64,000 nt of DNA from Bdellovibrionales bacterium (GTDB lineage: Bacteria > Bdellovibrionota > Bdellovibrionia > Bdellovibrionales > DASUEL01): the NCBI GenBank assembly GCA_050250255.1, contig JBFWOZ010000012.1, positions 2,293 through 66,292 of the forward strand, in the 5' to 3' direction. Under the pieces are notes generated by a model. It searched no databases and had not been told where the DNA came from. It saw only the letters and a list, made by a program, of their open reading frames with translations. This document shows positions 8,873 through 17,903 of this stretch, one piece after another (the stretch's first letter is position 1; each line of letters opens with the position of its first letter). The translations under genes and the position numbers were made by a program.

Positions 8873-11569
8873 GTGGCAGACGACAAGAAATCGGATCCTA
8901 CGACAGAAAACTCTGGATCCGCAATACAACCTAAAGTGGTTAAGAAATTGAATTTGAATTCAATCACGGTGCTATTTCTTGCAGCTGATGAAAAACCGCT
9001 CATGCAGACGCAAAATTTTTTGAAGAAACGTGGATGGACTCCTCACTTTTGCGGAAATATCAAAAACGCCTTTGAAGACATTGCAATTAAAAAACCTGAT
9101 TTTGTCCTCATCAGTTGGAATATACCGAATACGAACATTGTTAAGGTGGAACGAATGATTTCGGCTACTTTTAATCTACCATGCATCGTTTTTACTGAAA
9201 AAGTTCTCGACGGCAATTCGCAATCAACGATTTCGGGAAGTTCGATCAAGCAATTCATGCTAGCTCCCATTAGCGGTCCCAGCCTGCATATGAAAATTCG
9301 AAAAATTATCAAGCAGGGTGAAGAGGCGACGAAGGGAAAAGAAACTGTACGTACACGTGGGAAAATGAAAAGTGCAGTCGAGGAAAGAATTGAAGTAAAG
9401 TGTAAGCCGGAAGAGGTTCCTAAAGAGGGTGATTGGGAGCAAGTAGGTACATCTGATGATGGCGATCCTATTTGGATGTTGAAGACCAAAAAGAAATCAA
9501 TCCACAAAGATAAAAAGGGCTCTTACGTATTCAAAGGCAAGGCTCCACCTGTCATGGGAGAAAATGGCTGGCAGATTCCAGAGGGTGGAACTTTAGGTTT
9601 TACCGAAATGGCACCTGAAGCCTTATTGTCGACGGCAAGTCCAGAGCACATGGAAGAAAGTGAAAACCGTCCATCGGTAGACTCGGTGGGTGAAGATAGG
9701 AAAGAAGGAAGCACTCGACGTACTCGTAGCTCTGACGAAGAAGACGAACCTTCAATGGACGCATATTCCAGTAAAGATGAGGAAGAAGATGAGGGCGGAT
9801 CTGCCAGGGCTCAGTCTACGGCGCTCCCCAATGGTTTCTCGGAAGAAGAGAGCTCCGAATCAAAAGGCCCGGAAGAAGAGAGCGAAAAAAATCAACAGTT
9901 TTCGAAATCTGGTTCGGAAAAAAAACCAAAGCTGAATATCCGAACCTCTGAAGAGGCTAATGAAGAAACTGATGAAGAAAAGAGCGCTCGACAGAGCTCT
10001 AAAGAATTATCTAAGAAGGAAAAAGAAGAGCGCCAGCTCACCGTCAAAAAAGAAAAAGAAGAACGCGAAATAAAAAGAAAAGAAGCTGGGCTAAAACGTT
10101 TAGAGGAAAAGAAGGCCGCGCTCGATGCACGCGCGAAAGAAAAAGCTGAGGCCGAGGCGTTAAAAAAGCAAGAGGTCGAAAAGACAAGGCAAGCTGAGGA
10201 AGAGCGCCAAGCACGAGTTGCAGAAAGAGTTCTCGATAGAGAAAAGAAGAGAAGAGAAGAAGCTGAAGAAAAAGAGGGATCTGAAAAAAGTCGCACGCCT
10301 TCAAGCTCAGAAGAAAGCAAACAGAAATCAACCTTTGCTACAGGCGTGGAGTCTTCTGAGGAAGACAACTCTAAAGGACATGCCGGAACAATATCCGAAA
10401 CCAAAGAAAAATCGTCTTTCGAAAGTAACCTAGAGGCACAAAAGAAAGAAAATGAAACCCCCTCTCGACAGCAAGCTTTGTCGGAAGAAGGGGGAGCAAC
10501 TTTAGAGAAAGAGCGCCAAGGCGGATCTCTAGAGGCAGAAGAAAAAAAGAAGGAGATACTTAAAAGGACGATGCAAGAGAAGACTCGGGCACAACGCGAA
10601 CAGCTTGAAAGGCTTGAGAAAGAAAAGCTTGAGCGCGAACAGGTTCAAGCAGCAAAGACACAGAGCGAAAGAGCGCAGGCAGAGGCCCAAGAAATCGAGG
10701 CAAAAAAGAAGCGAGATCTAACGGCCGCTCAAGAGATGGCACCAGCTACCGTCGAGGTTCAGGCACAGGGAGAGGCTATTCAGGCCACGGTTGATCCCAA
10801 CCATGCGGACATGGTAGCAGAGCAAGGTAAGGCCAGTGACGGGATGCTTGTTAGGAATAAAACAAAACTTTTTGGCAAACGTGCAGATTCTGTTTTTGCT
10901 GAATGTGTTGTGAAAGCTCTTGAATCCACCATCATCTCTGGAGTTGAGGGTGAAAAAGTCATTCCTCTTAAGTTGTCTCAGACCATAGATTGCATCCCCA
11001 TCAACTCAACAAGATTTAAGGGCATACTTATTTATTCATCAAGCGGTGAAACTCCGCTCGGCCCAGAATTTACTCGCTCAATGAAGAACTTTCTTTTAGA
11101 GCAGATGAATGCACGCGGCGAAGATTTAAAAGATGAGGGCGAACTCACACTTTCAATCGCGGCCTTTGAGTTTGTGCAAGTCGCCAGTGAATTTGCTGAA
11201 TTTTTAACTGTGACATCTCATGCTGGTGCAGAAATTGGTATGGCCTTTATTCAGAGTGAAGGTGTTTTCCCAGCTTTAAAATCTAATGAAGAGGGGATGG
11301 TCTCTGTGGAAGTACAGAATGTGGACCCTGGCGAGCCAGTGGGATTTGATGCTTACATCCATCTACCCTTGAATAAAAAATACGTAAAGTACGTGAAAAA
11401 AGGTGGAACCCTAGAGGCCAAGCGCAAAGACAATTTAGCAGAGTTTTCTTATAAGCACTTTTACGTGAAAGACAATGAAGTAAAAGAGCTCAAGGGCCAT
11501 TGTGCATCTGCTTTTGTGCAAAGAATGGTGAGACAATTCACAGGAATGGTTCAGCCAAAGGCGTCTTAG
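8873..11569 (+). CDS. Large signalling-type protein: degenerate receiver domain, long charged/coiled-coil linker, globular C-terminal region
   Basis: Receiver-like N-terminus (TVLFLAAD...KPDFVLISWN) with Ser at the phospho-Asp position; about 400 aa of E/K/R/S-rich linker; C-terminal FDAYIHLPLNKKYVKY segment; GAGGAG RBS. Confidence 0.6.
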   Translation: MADDKKSDPTTENSGSAIQPKVVKKLNLNSITVLFLAADEKPLMQTQNFLKKRGWTPHFCGNIKNAFEDIAIKKPDFVLISWNIPNTNIVKVERMISATFNLPCIVFTEKVLDGNSQSTISGSSIKQFMLAPISGPSLHMKIRKIIKQGEEATKGKETVRTRGKMKSAVEERIEVKCKPEEVPKEGDWEQVGTSDDGDPIWMLKTKKKSIHKDKKGSYVFKGKAPPVMGENGWQIPEGGTLGFTEMAPEALLSTASPEHMEESENRPSVDSVGEDRKEGSTRRTRSSDEEDEPSMDAYSSKDEEEDEGGSARAQSTALPNGFSEEESSESKGPEEESEKNQQFSKSGSEKKPKLNIRTSEEANEETDEEKSARQSSKELSKKEKEERQLTVKKEKEEREIKRKEAGLKRLEEKKAALDARAKEKAEAEALKKQEVEKTRQAEEERQARVAERVLDREKKRREEAEEKEGSEKSRTPSSSEESKQKSTFATGVESSEEDNSKGHAGTISETKEKSSFESNLEAQKKENETPSRQQALSEEGGATLEKERQGGSLEAEEKKKEILKRTMQEKTRAQREQLERLEKEKLEREQVQAAKTQSERAQAEAQEIEAKKKRDLTAAQEMAPATVEVQAQGEAIQATVDPNHADMVAEQGKASDGMLVRNKTKLFGKRADSVFAECVVKALESTIISGVEGEKVIPLKLSQTIDCIPINSTRFKGILIYSSSGETPLGPEFTRSMKNFLLEQMNARGEDLKDEGELTLSIAAFEFVQVASEFAEFLTVTSHAGAEIGMAFIQSEGVFPALKSNEEGMVSVEVQNVDPGEPVGFDAYIHLPLNKKYVKYVKKGGTLEAKRKDNLAEFSYKHFYVKDNEVKELKGHCASAFVQRMVRQFTGMVQPKAS

Positions 11570-12015
11570 TACGCCTTTGTGACCTTCTGAAACAACTTTG
11601 TTTCTTCATTAAATTTAAAAACATTCAAATGTGCCGTAAGATTGTGATCAACAGTAGGGGAGACGATTTCGAGGCGTTGGTCTCCATCAACATCGTCGAC
11701 CGCTAAATTGGTGAATTGTCCGTTAATAGAAAAATAGCTATCGCGGTTTTCGCTTAAGGTGATCGTATCAATAAGAATGCGAGTTCCTGAATGAGTGGGA
11801 ACATACACTTCTAGGAAGAGTCTATCTCCAGCTCTGATCTTCACAACTTGCACGGGAGTACCATCACCCAAAATATCACCGACGACGGTGGAAAGAATCT
11901 CGCGTTTTTCTGATAAAAATAAACCCTGAACATGTGCGCGTGATGGTGAGTGGAGAGCAATAAAAATTCCGGTGAAGCTCAAGGCAGAAAGTACGAAGTA
12001 AGCAAGTCTTTGCAT
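11566..12015 (-). CDS. Secreted hypothetical protein with FG-GAP/DxDGD-like motifs
   Basis: Signal/TM N-terminus, GDILGDG and DDVDGDQRLEIV; AGGGG RBS. Confidence 0.65.
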   Translation of the reverse strand: MQRLAYFVLSALSFTGIFIALHSPSRAHVQGLFLSEKREILSTVVGDILGDGTPVQVVKIRAGDRLFLEVYVPTHSGTRILIDTITLSENRDSYFSINGQFTNLAVDDVDGDQRLEIVSPTVDHNLTAHLNVFKFNEETKLFQKVTKAY

Positions 12016-12040
12016 AGTGTCCCCTTTTTCTTATTTACAT

Positions 12041-12056
12041 TACAAAAAACGGACCA
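12041..12056 (-). promoter_or_regulatory. Putative sigma54 -24/-12 promoter (variant)
   Basis: Minus strand reads TGGTCCGTTTTTTGTA: GG-N10-GT, with GT in place of GC, about 25 nt upstream of ATG 12015. Confidence 0.4.
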
Positions 12057-12161
12057 TAATTATTTTGAAAGTTGAAATAAAACTGAGTGTTTTCAGCTAT
12101 TTACGATGTGTACAGAGTGTCTCTATTTTGGGCGTTGTAGGGAAAGTGAGTGAGACCGAAA

Positions 12162-12178
12162 GATTCTCAAAATGAGAC
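12162..12178 (-). promoter_or_regulatory. Palindromic site GTCTCA-TTT-TGAGAATC (candidate enhancer/operator)
   Basis: 16/17 identical to the site at 51504-51520; extra TGAGA/TCTC half-sites nearby (about 12119, 12151, 12179). Confidence 0.55.
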
Positions 12179-12289
12179 TGAGATAACGATTTGAAAAGAC
12201 AGCTATTTTTCAATTCCTGCAGAGGAATACGAGAACATGAGCAGCTGTCAAAAAAGTACCATCTTTTTATGTGAGTGTTATTGTGAGCT

Positions 12290-13168
12290 ATGCCTTATTT
12301 GCTTTCTGTAGGTGCGAACCTTTTCTTTAGTATCGCTTCGATCTACTTCGCCATTTTCTCAAAAAGGACCTCTGTACTTTGGATGAATCTCACCAAAACG
12401 GGTGTGGCACTTATCTCTGCGGGACTCGTCCTTCTGATCTCCCGTCCTGACTGGTGGCCGGGGATCAATCACGCTTCGCCATTTCTTTTGAGTGGGATGA
12501 TGGGTCTGGGCTTAGGCGACTTTTTTATGCTCCTCGCATTTTTCCGCATAGGAGCTTCCCGCACACTTATGCTTTGGGGTTTTCAACCTATTGTTGTGGG
12601 GATTGGATGCTATTTTATTTTTGGCGACGTGCTGGGCCTTTGGAAGCTGGTCGCGATTCTTTTTATGATGTGTTGTCTGTTCACGTTTAGTTACGAGGGA
12701 TTTAAAGAAAAAGGTCATTGGGAGTTTTTGGGTCTTTTGTATGCGCTTATTGGTATGTCTTTAGATGCGAGCTCAGTCGTCCTGACCAAGTGGGCATTTG
12801 GTCAGGCGCCTTTGATCGTACCGTTACAAGCACAGCTCTTAAGATGTAGCGGTGCTCTTTTTATTTTAGTCGTACTTTATTTTTTAAAATCAGGGCGCTA
12901 TTGGGCGATGTGGAAAGAAATGCCGGCGCAAGATCGTGGGCTTATTTTTGCGGCAAGCTTTCTTGGAACTTTTCTTTCCCTTTTTTTATCTCTTACCGCA
13001 ATTCAAACAGGTCACTTGCCATCAATTGCTGCGATTGGTGTGACATGTCCTCTTTTTACAGGAATTTTTGAACACTTCTATGAAAAAAAATGGCCCAACG
13101 CTACTTTTTTAGCGGCGACACTGTTTTTTATTGTCGGCTTTGCTATGCTGATGTCAGATCATTATTAG
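12290..13168 (+). CDS. DMT/EamA family transporter
   Basis: About 10 hydrophobic segments in two EamA-like halves (GLGLGDFF..AFFRIGASRT). Confidence 0.85.
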   Translation: MPYLLSVGANLFFSIASIYFAIFSKRTSVLWMNLTKTGVALISAGLVLLISRPDWWPGINHASPFLLSGMMGLGLGDFFMLLAFFRIGASRTLMLWGFQPIVVGIGCYFIFGDVLGLWKLVAILFMMCCLFTFSYEGFKEKGHWEFLGLLYALIGMSLDASSVVLTKWAFGQAPLIVPLQAQLLRCSGALFILVVLYFLKSGRYWAMWKEMPAQDRGLIFAASFLGTFLSLFLSLTAIQTGHLPSIAAIGVTCPLFTGIFEHFYEKKWPNATFLAATLFFIVGFAMLMSDHY

Positions 13169-13176
13169 GAGCCGCG

Positions 13177-13770
13177 ATGGATGTTTTTGAAGTCATAGAA
13201 AAAAGAAAATCTATTAGAAAATACAAGAACACGCCTATTCCTTCGGCACTTTTAGAAAAAATTCTGCAAGCAGGTATGCACGCACCCTCTGGAAAAAACA
13301 GGCAGAACTGGAGATTTTTCGTCGTTTCTGGAAAAAAACGAGACGAATATTTAAGGCTTTCGCAAAAATCTTGGCTTGGCATTAAGGATATCCTCGAAAA
13401 AAAATTAAAACCTTCTCTTTATCAGTTTACTGAGCGATTTTTTTATACGCTCGGTGAGGCGCCCGTAATAATATTTTGCTATTCCGTGAACTCCCAAGAG
13501 GAACGATATCATACGAGCATCGGATCGGTTTATATGGCTGTTCAGAATATGATTTTAGCCGCGGTAGCCTCTGGTCTCGGAACCTGTCCGATGGGAGCTC
13601 CACTTGAAATCAAAGACGAAGTGGATCGCTTTCTTAATATAGACCAATACCGAAAAGAAGAAGATGGAGACATGGAGCTTCTATGCGCTTTGGTGCTGGG
13701 CTATCCAGATCATGAGCCGCCGAAAGCGGCTCGACAAACTGACAAAAGAGTCAGGTACATTCAAGATTAA
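13177..13770 (+). CDS. Nitroreductase family protein
   Basis: MDVFEVIEKRKSIRKY, APSGKNRQNWRF, QNMILAA...GLGTC, LGYP; AGGAG RBS before ATG 13177. Confidence 0.9.
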   Translation: MDVFEVIEKRKSIRKYKNTPIPSALLEKILQAGMHAPSGKNRQNWRFFVVSGKKRDEYLRLSQKSWLGIKDILEKKLKPSLYQFTERFFYTLGEAPVIIFCYSVNSQEERYHTSIGSVYMAVQNMILAAVASGLGTCPMGAPLEIKDEVDRFLNIDQYRKEEDGDMELLCALVLGYPDHEPPKAARQTDKRVRYIQD

Positions 13771-14459
13771 TTAAGCGAGATAAATGAAATAAGCCTTCCG
13801 GTTCCACCCTCTCTTCGAAAAGAAAAAAAATCGGGATCAGAAAAAGTGTCTTTTTCTAGAGAGAAGAAACTCTTTAAATCCCCACCGTCTTCCACAAACT
13901 GATCCTTCACGATTGAAAGTAAATCCACATATTTTTTATTAGGATCTGAGTGCGGCAATACAAATTGTTGGCCCCCTGGAGAAGCGAAGGAAAGTCTCTG
14001 GGCAACGTCAGCTCCAACTTCAAAAGATTTTTTTGAGATATGAGGACCTGAGAAGCACATAACCTCTTTTGTGGAGAGTCCGTGAGTTTTCATCTGCTGA
14101 AGGGCGGCATTAAGAATACGAGTTTCAACACCTTTCCACCCAGCATGAAGTGCTGCCACGTAACGTGTCGGTGGGTGATAAAGTAAGAGCGGAATACAGT
14201 CAGCCGTATGTATGCCAAGAGGAAAAAGAATCTCTTTTGTCCAATGCCCATCCGCCTCTTGTGGAGCGAATAGGGGAACGGCTTCAACAACCTGCGGCCC
14301 ATGAACTTGCTTTAGAAAATAAATTGAAGGGATAGAAAAAATCTCTGAAAGCATTTCTGGTTGAGCTTTTTTGTTACTAAAAAACACAAGGGCGCCCGGG
14401 ACTTCATACTGCCAGCCAATAACTTCTTTTTTGAAGTAAATGGTTTTTAGCGGGTACAA
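13767..14459 (-). CDS. pgeF: PgeF/YfiH (laccase-domain, purine nucleoside phosphorylase-like) protein
   Basis: QVHG, ADG, TADCIP, HAGWKG, FEVG, FFSFRR; directly downstream of rluD, the usual arrangement. Confidence 0.88.
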   Translation of the reverse strand: MYPLKTIYFKKEVIGWQYEVPGALVFFSNKKAQPEMLSEIFSIPSIYFLKQVHGPQVVEAVPLFAPQEADGHWTKEILFPLGIHTADCIPLLLYHPPTRYVAALHAGWKGVETRILNAALQQMKTHGLSTKEVMCFSGPHISKKSFEVGADVAQRLSFASPGGQQFVLPHSDPNKKYVDLLSIVKDQFVEDGGDLKSFFSLEKDTFSDPDFFSFRREGGTGRLISFISLN

Positions 14460-14462
14460 GAC

Positions 14463-15419
14463 TTAAGCCCTCTCTGCTAGAGATTTCTGTAAATTTAAAA
14501 AGCTTACGGGAGCTACTGCTTTAAATTGAAGTTCTTTTTTTGTAGTTGGATGAACGAACCCCAATTCACCCGCATGTAACGCAATTCCTTTATAGGTTTC
14601 AATTGCTTGGAGAATGTTTTTATAACGAACCATTCGGTCATAGCGTTGAGGACCGTAAATAGGATCCGAAATGATGGGGTGACCGAGTGAAGACATGTGT
14701 ACACGAATTTGATGAGTACGACCCGTTCGCAGCTTCAGTTCAATTAAAGAGGCAAGCGGGGCATAGCTTGTAAGCAGTCGATACTCGGTAGAAGAAAACT
14801 TTCCATTTTTCACTACCACTGCAAATTTCTTACGGTTTCTTGGATCTCTGCCTATGAAAGTTTCAATCTTCATCTTTTGTTCTTTTGGAACTCCCAAGAT
14901 AAGAGCTTGATAGACTCGATGTACGGTGTGTTGGCGAAACTGTTCAGATAAAGCTTCGTGGGCCCTATCATTTTTTGCCACTACAAGAAGCCCACTCGTA
15001 TCTTTATCTAAACGATGTACTATGCCGGGACGCTTTTCATGGAAACCCATAGAGAGGTTTTTGGTGTGATGAATAAGGGCATTTACTAACGTGTCTTTTT
15101 CGTGCCCTTCGGCTGGGTGAACTACAAGTCCTGCTGGTTTGTTAATAACAATAAGATGTTCGTCCTCGTAATGGATATCGAGAGCTAAGTCTAAAGGAGT
15201 AATTTCGGAAGACGATATGGAAATTTGAATGGTGTAGCTTTCACCAAGGGCAGTTAGTCGAGAAGACTTTACCGCCTTTCCATTCAGAGTAACCCACCCC
15301 TGATCAATTAACTTTTGGGCTCGTGATCTTGTTCGTATTTCTTCATGCGTGGAAAGCACTTTATCAAGTCGCATGTTAGAAAGCTCTTCGGTGATGGAAA
15401 ATAAGATGTCAGTAATCAC
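14463..15419 (-). CDS. rluD: 23S rRNA pseudouridine synthase (RluD)
   Basis: S4 domain (RLDK), NKPAGLVVHP, catalytic HRLDKDTSG, TGRTHQIRVH. Confidence 0.9.
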   Translation of the reverse strand: MITDILFSITEELSNMRLDKVLSTHEEIRTRSRAQKLIDQGWVTLNGKAVKSSRLTALGESYTIQISISSSEITPLDLALDIHYEDEHLIVINKPAGLVVHPAEGHEKDTLVNALIHHTKNLSMGFHEKRPGIVHRLDKDTSGLLVVAKNDRAHEALSEQFRQHTVHRVYQALILGVPKEQKMKIETFIGRDPRNRKKFAVVVKNGKFSSTEYRLLTSYAPLASLIELKLRTGRTHQIRVHMSSLGHPIISDPIYGPQRYDRMVRYKNILQAIETYKGIALHAGELGFVHPTTKKELQFKAVAPVSFLNLQKSLAERA

Positions 15420-16099
15420 TTTTCACGTGATTGCTTAAAAAATTTCATGAAAGAACCAACTACTTGTTTCTCATTAAGGTTGAGTTGACGAGCTATCTGT
15501 GCCACAAACCCACGCACAAACACAGAGGCTGGCAAGGAGTGAAAATCATTTTCTTCGATGGCGACTAAATAGTTTCTGCCTACGCGAGACGCTTTAGAGA
15601 GTTGATCTAAATCTACATTCTTATAAAGACGAACTTTTTGAAGAAACGTCCCATCAAAAACTTGTTGGTTTTTGATTTCATCTTCCATAGCAGGATTAAT
15701 GGTGTAATGACCAAAAGCAGTTCGATCAATATTAGGATCTTGCACTCCAGGGTTTTTCTTTTCGTCAGTGCCCTTTTTTTGGTTCTGTGAAGGCGCGTGA
15801 TTATTATTGGAATCAAGAGTTTGTGCCGCTGGCTGTGTAGCTCTTAATTTATCGTCGTACTGTCTTCTCTTCAGAGGATTACCCAAAACCGCGTAGGCAT
15901 CTTCAACGATACGAAGAAGTTCTTCCGCCTCTTCTTGAGTAAAAATAGAATAAAGGGCCGGGCTGTCAGAAGAATATGTCTGTTTGGCTCTCAGGAAGGC
16001 CTGATGAATTTCTTCGTGAGGAGCGTCAGGTGCAACCTCAAGAACTTCATAAAAATTCTGGGTGAAGCTTTTGATATCAAGAGCGTTGTTCGACTGCAT
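15416..16099 (-). CDS. J-domain-like + RodZ-type HTH protein
   Basis: NFYEVLEV...EIHQAF...AYAVLGNP..RRQYD (J-like, HPD replaced by SSD); C-terminal GTFLQKVR...YLVAIEENDF..LP..VFVRGF (HTH_25-like). Confidence 0.75.
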   Translation of the reverse strand: MQSNNALDIKSFTQNFYEVLEVAPDAPHEEIHQAFLRAKQTYSSDSPALYSIFTQEEAEELLRIVEDAYAVLGNPLKRRQYDDKLRATQPAAQTLDSNNNHAPSQNQKKGTDEKKNPGVQDPNIDRTAFGHYTINPAMEDEIKNQQVFDGTFLQKVRLYKNVDLDQLSKASRVGRNYLVAIEENDFHSLPASVFVRGFVAQIARQLNLNEKQVVGSFMKFFKQSREK

Positions 16100-16111
16100 A
16101 TTACCAAACCC

Positions 16112-17107
16112 TTAAGACACTTTTTTAAATTGTTGCCCAGGCATTTCTGCGATGTTGGGCTCAGCAAGCGTTCGTGTCATCTTAAATAAAGCAGAGGTTA
16201 AATTACTAAACGGCAAAGCAGACACGAGAGGTTGCTTCTTTCTTAAAGATTGCCAGGCTGTATTATCAAAGTCAATGGAGCCAGCGTAGTCTAGTTTTAC
16301 ACCAAAGTATTTTAGACAAACACTTTTCATAGCATTTCCGAGATCACTCTCGTGATGAGAGCGAGTTTGATTCAATATAAGTTTCAAATGAAGTTCGTCG
16401 AGCTGTGTTCTAAGCGACTTCCCTTCTAAAGGATTCACCGAAGAAACGTATTTAATTAAATCCGAAGGAGTCCTGATCCCTAATTTATTTTTTTGATCCA
16501 TAGCCTCATCGATAATGCTTTGGATACTGAGGTTGTCTTCTGCATGACGAAGCTTTCTATAGAACGCCGTTTTAATAAAACGGTAAGCATTCTCAATGGC
16601 AGTTGGTTCAGGGGTGGTAACGACAATCGACTGATCTGCCGCAATGAAAAAATCCATCGTGGCTTCAGAAGTACCAGCACCCAAATCTAAAAAAATCAGA
16701 CCGTGAGGTAGAGCGCGGATGGCTTTAATGATTTTTTCTTTTGTTAAGCTTGTAAGCTCGGTTACATTAAGGGCATCGTTTGCGCCGCTGATAAAAGAAA
16801 GATTTGGAATATTACTCTCAGTAATGATGTTTTCGAGATGAGGAATGCGTCCAGAAATAAAATCGCTAAGGCTATGTTTAGGATTTGGACTTCCTAAGCA
16901 TGTATGCAAATTGGCTCCGCCAAGATCTAAATCAATGACTACAACCTTATGACCGAGCTGAGCCATGCATACGGCAAGATTAGAGCAGAGAAAACTTTTC
17001 CCTATACCGCCCTTTCCGCCTCCGAACGCCCAAATGCGGGGAGTACCCGGAGAAAGGTGAGCATTCGGATAATTCAATATTTTGCTCGAAGCCGATGTAT
17101 TGCGCAC
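16112..17107 (-). CDS. MinD/FlhG (FleN)-family P-loop ATPase
   Basis: Deviant Walker A GGKGGIGKS, IDLDLGGANLH, LDLGAGT, VTTPEPTAIENAY. Confidence 0.85.
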   Translation of the reverse strand: MRNTSASSKILNYPNAHLSPGTPRIWAFGGGKGGIGKSFLCSNLAVCMAQLGHKVVVIDLDLGGANLHTCLGSPNPKHSLSDFISGRIPHLENIITESNIPNLSFISGANDALNVTELTSLTKEKIIKAIRALPHGLIFLDLGAGTSEATMDFFIAADQSIVVTTPEPTAIENAYRFIKTAFYRKLRHAEDNLSIQSIIDEAMDQKNKLGIRTPSDLIKYVSSVNPLEGKSLRTQLDELHLKLILNQTRSHHESDLGNAMKSVCLKYFGVKLDYAGSIDFDNTAWQSLRKKQPLVSALPFSNLTSALFKMTRTLAEPNIAEMPGQQFKKVS

Positions 17108-17129
17108 AAAGAAGCCCTATATTTTTTGA

Positions 17130-17897
17130 TCAATTTTTTAAGTTAGGAGTTGCAACTTCTTGCAGGCCCCCAGCTTTCAATTTCTCTTCGGCCTCTGACG
17201 CACGTAAATAAAGGGGATTTATGCTTTTCCAATCAAGAAGTTGCATTGATTTTTCGTTGATATTTACCAACTGGCTTAAGGACGTTGCCGCTGGATAATC
17301 GTCCAGATCCTTTCTTCGAAGAAGGAGGCTTTTAAGGGAAGGTGAGAACAAATCTTTATAAAGTTCATAACCATCACCCAGACAAAGGGTGGGCTCTTTG
17401 ATGTGTGACTCAATTTGAGATACTTCTGTACAAAGCGGACCAGTCGTTGGATTAAGGACACCGTTTGAATTTTCAAATTTTTGAAAAAAAACAAGATTCT
17501 TTTGTGCATTCACGAGCGCGATGACGGGAGTTTTTAAAGGAGCCGTTTGTTGGGCTAACACATGCAGTGAATTGAAAACGAGAGCGGGCTTTCCTAAAGA
17601 AAAACACAGCGCCTTCACGCAGTTAATTGCTACGCGAATTCCAGTAAAACGGCCGGGACCGTGGCTGGTAGCGAACAATTCAATCTGATCTAAATTGATG
17701 TGAGCATCTTTTAAGCAAGATTCGATGGCTGGCAAAAGAAGTTCGCTATGTTGAGTGGCGCCGACAAAGCCTGGTTGTGCGGCTGTGATTTGATGGCCCG
17801 GACGAAACGACCAAGTTTTTGAAGCGAGCACTTGATCGTTTTGTGAAATGATTAAGCTTCCTACCGGAGAACTACATTCGATAGAAAGCGTGCGCAT
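17130..17897 (-). CDS. tsaB: tRNA threonylcarbamoyladenosine biosynthesis protein TsaB
   Basis: HSELLLP, GPGRFTGIRV, PLYLR. Confidence 0.9.
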   Translation of the reverse strand: MRTLSIECSSPVGSLIISQNDQVLASKTWSFRPGHQITAAQPGFVGATQHSELLLPAIESCLKDAHINLDQIELFATSHGPGRFTGIRVAINCVKALCFSLGKPALVFNSLHVLAQQTAPLKTPVIALVNAQKNLVFFQKFENSNGVLNPTTGPLCTEVSQIESHIKEPTLCLGDGYELYKDLFSPSLKSLLLRRKDLDDYPAATSLSQLVNINEKSMQLLDWKSINPLYLRASEAEEKLKAGGLQEVATPNLKN

Positions 17898-17903
17898 GAA
17901 ATC

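Noticed and set aside
9892-10404. 170-aa Ser/Phe/Leu-rich minus-strand ORF
   Set aside because: Antisense artefact of the GAA/AAA-rich coiled-coil region of the 8873 gene.
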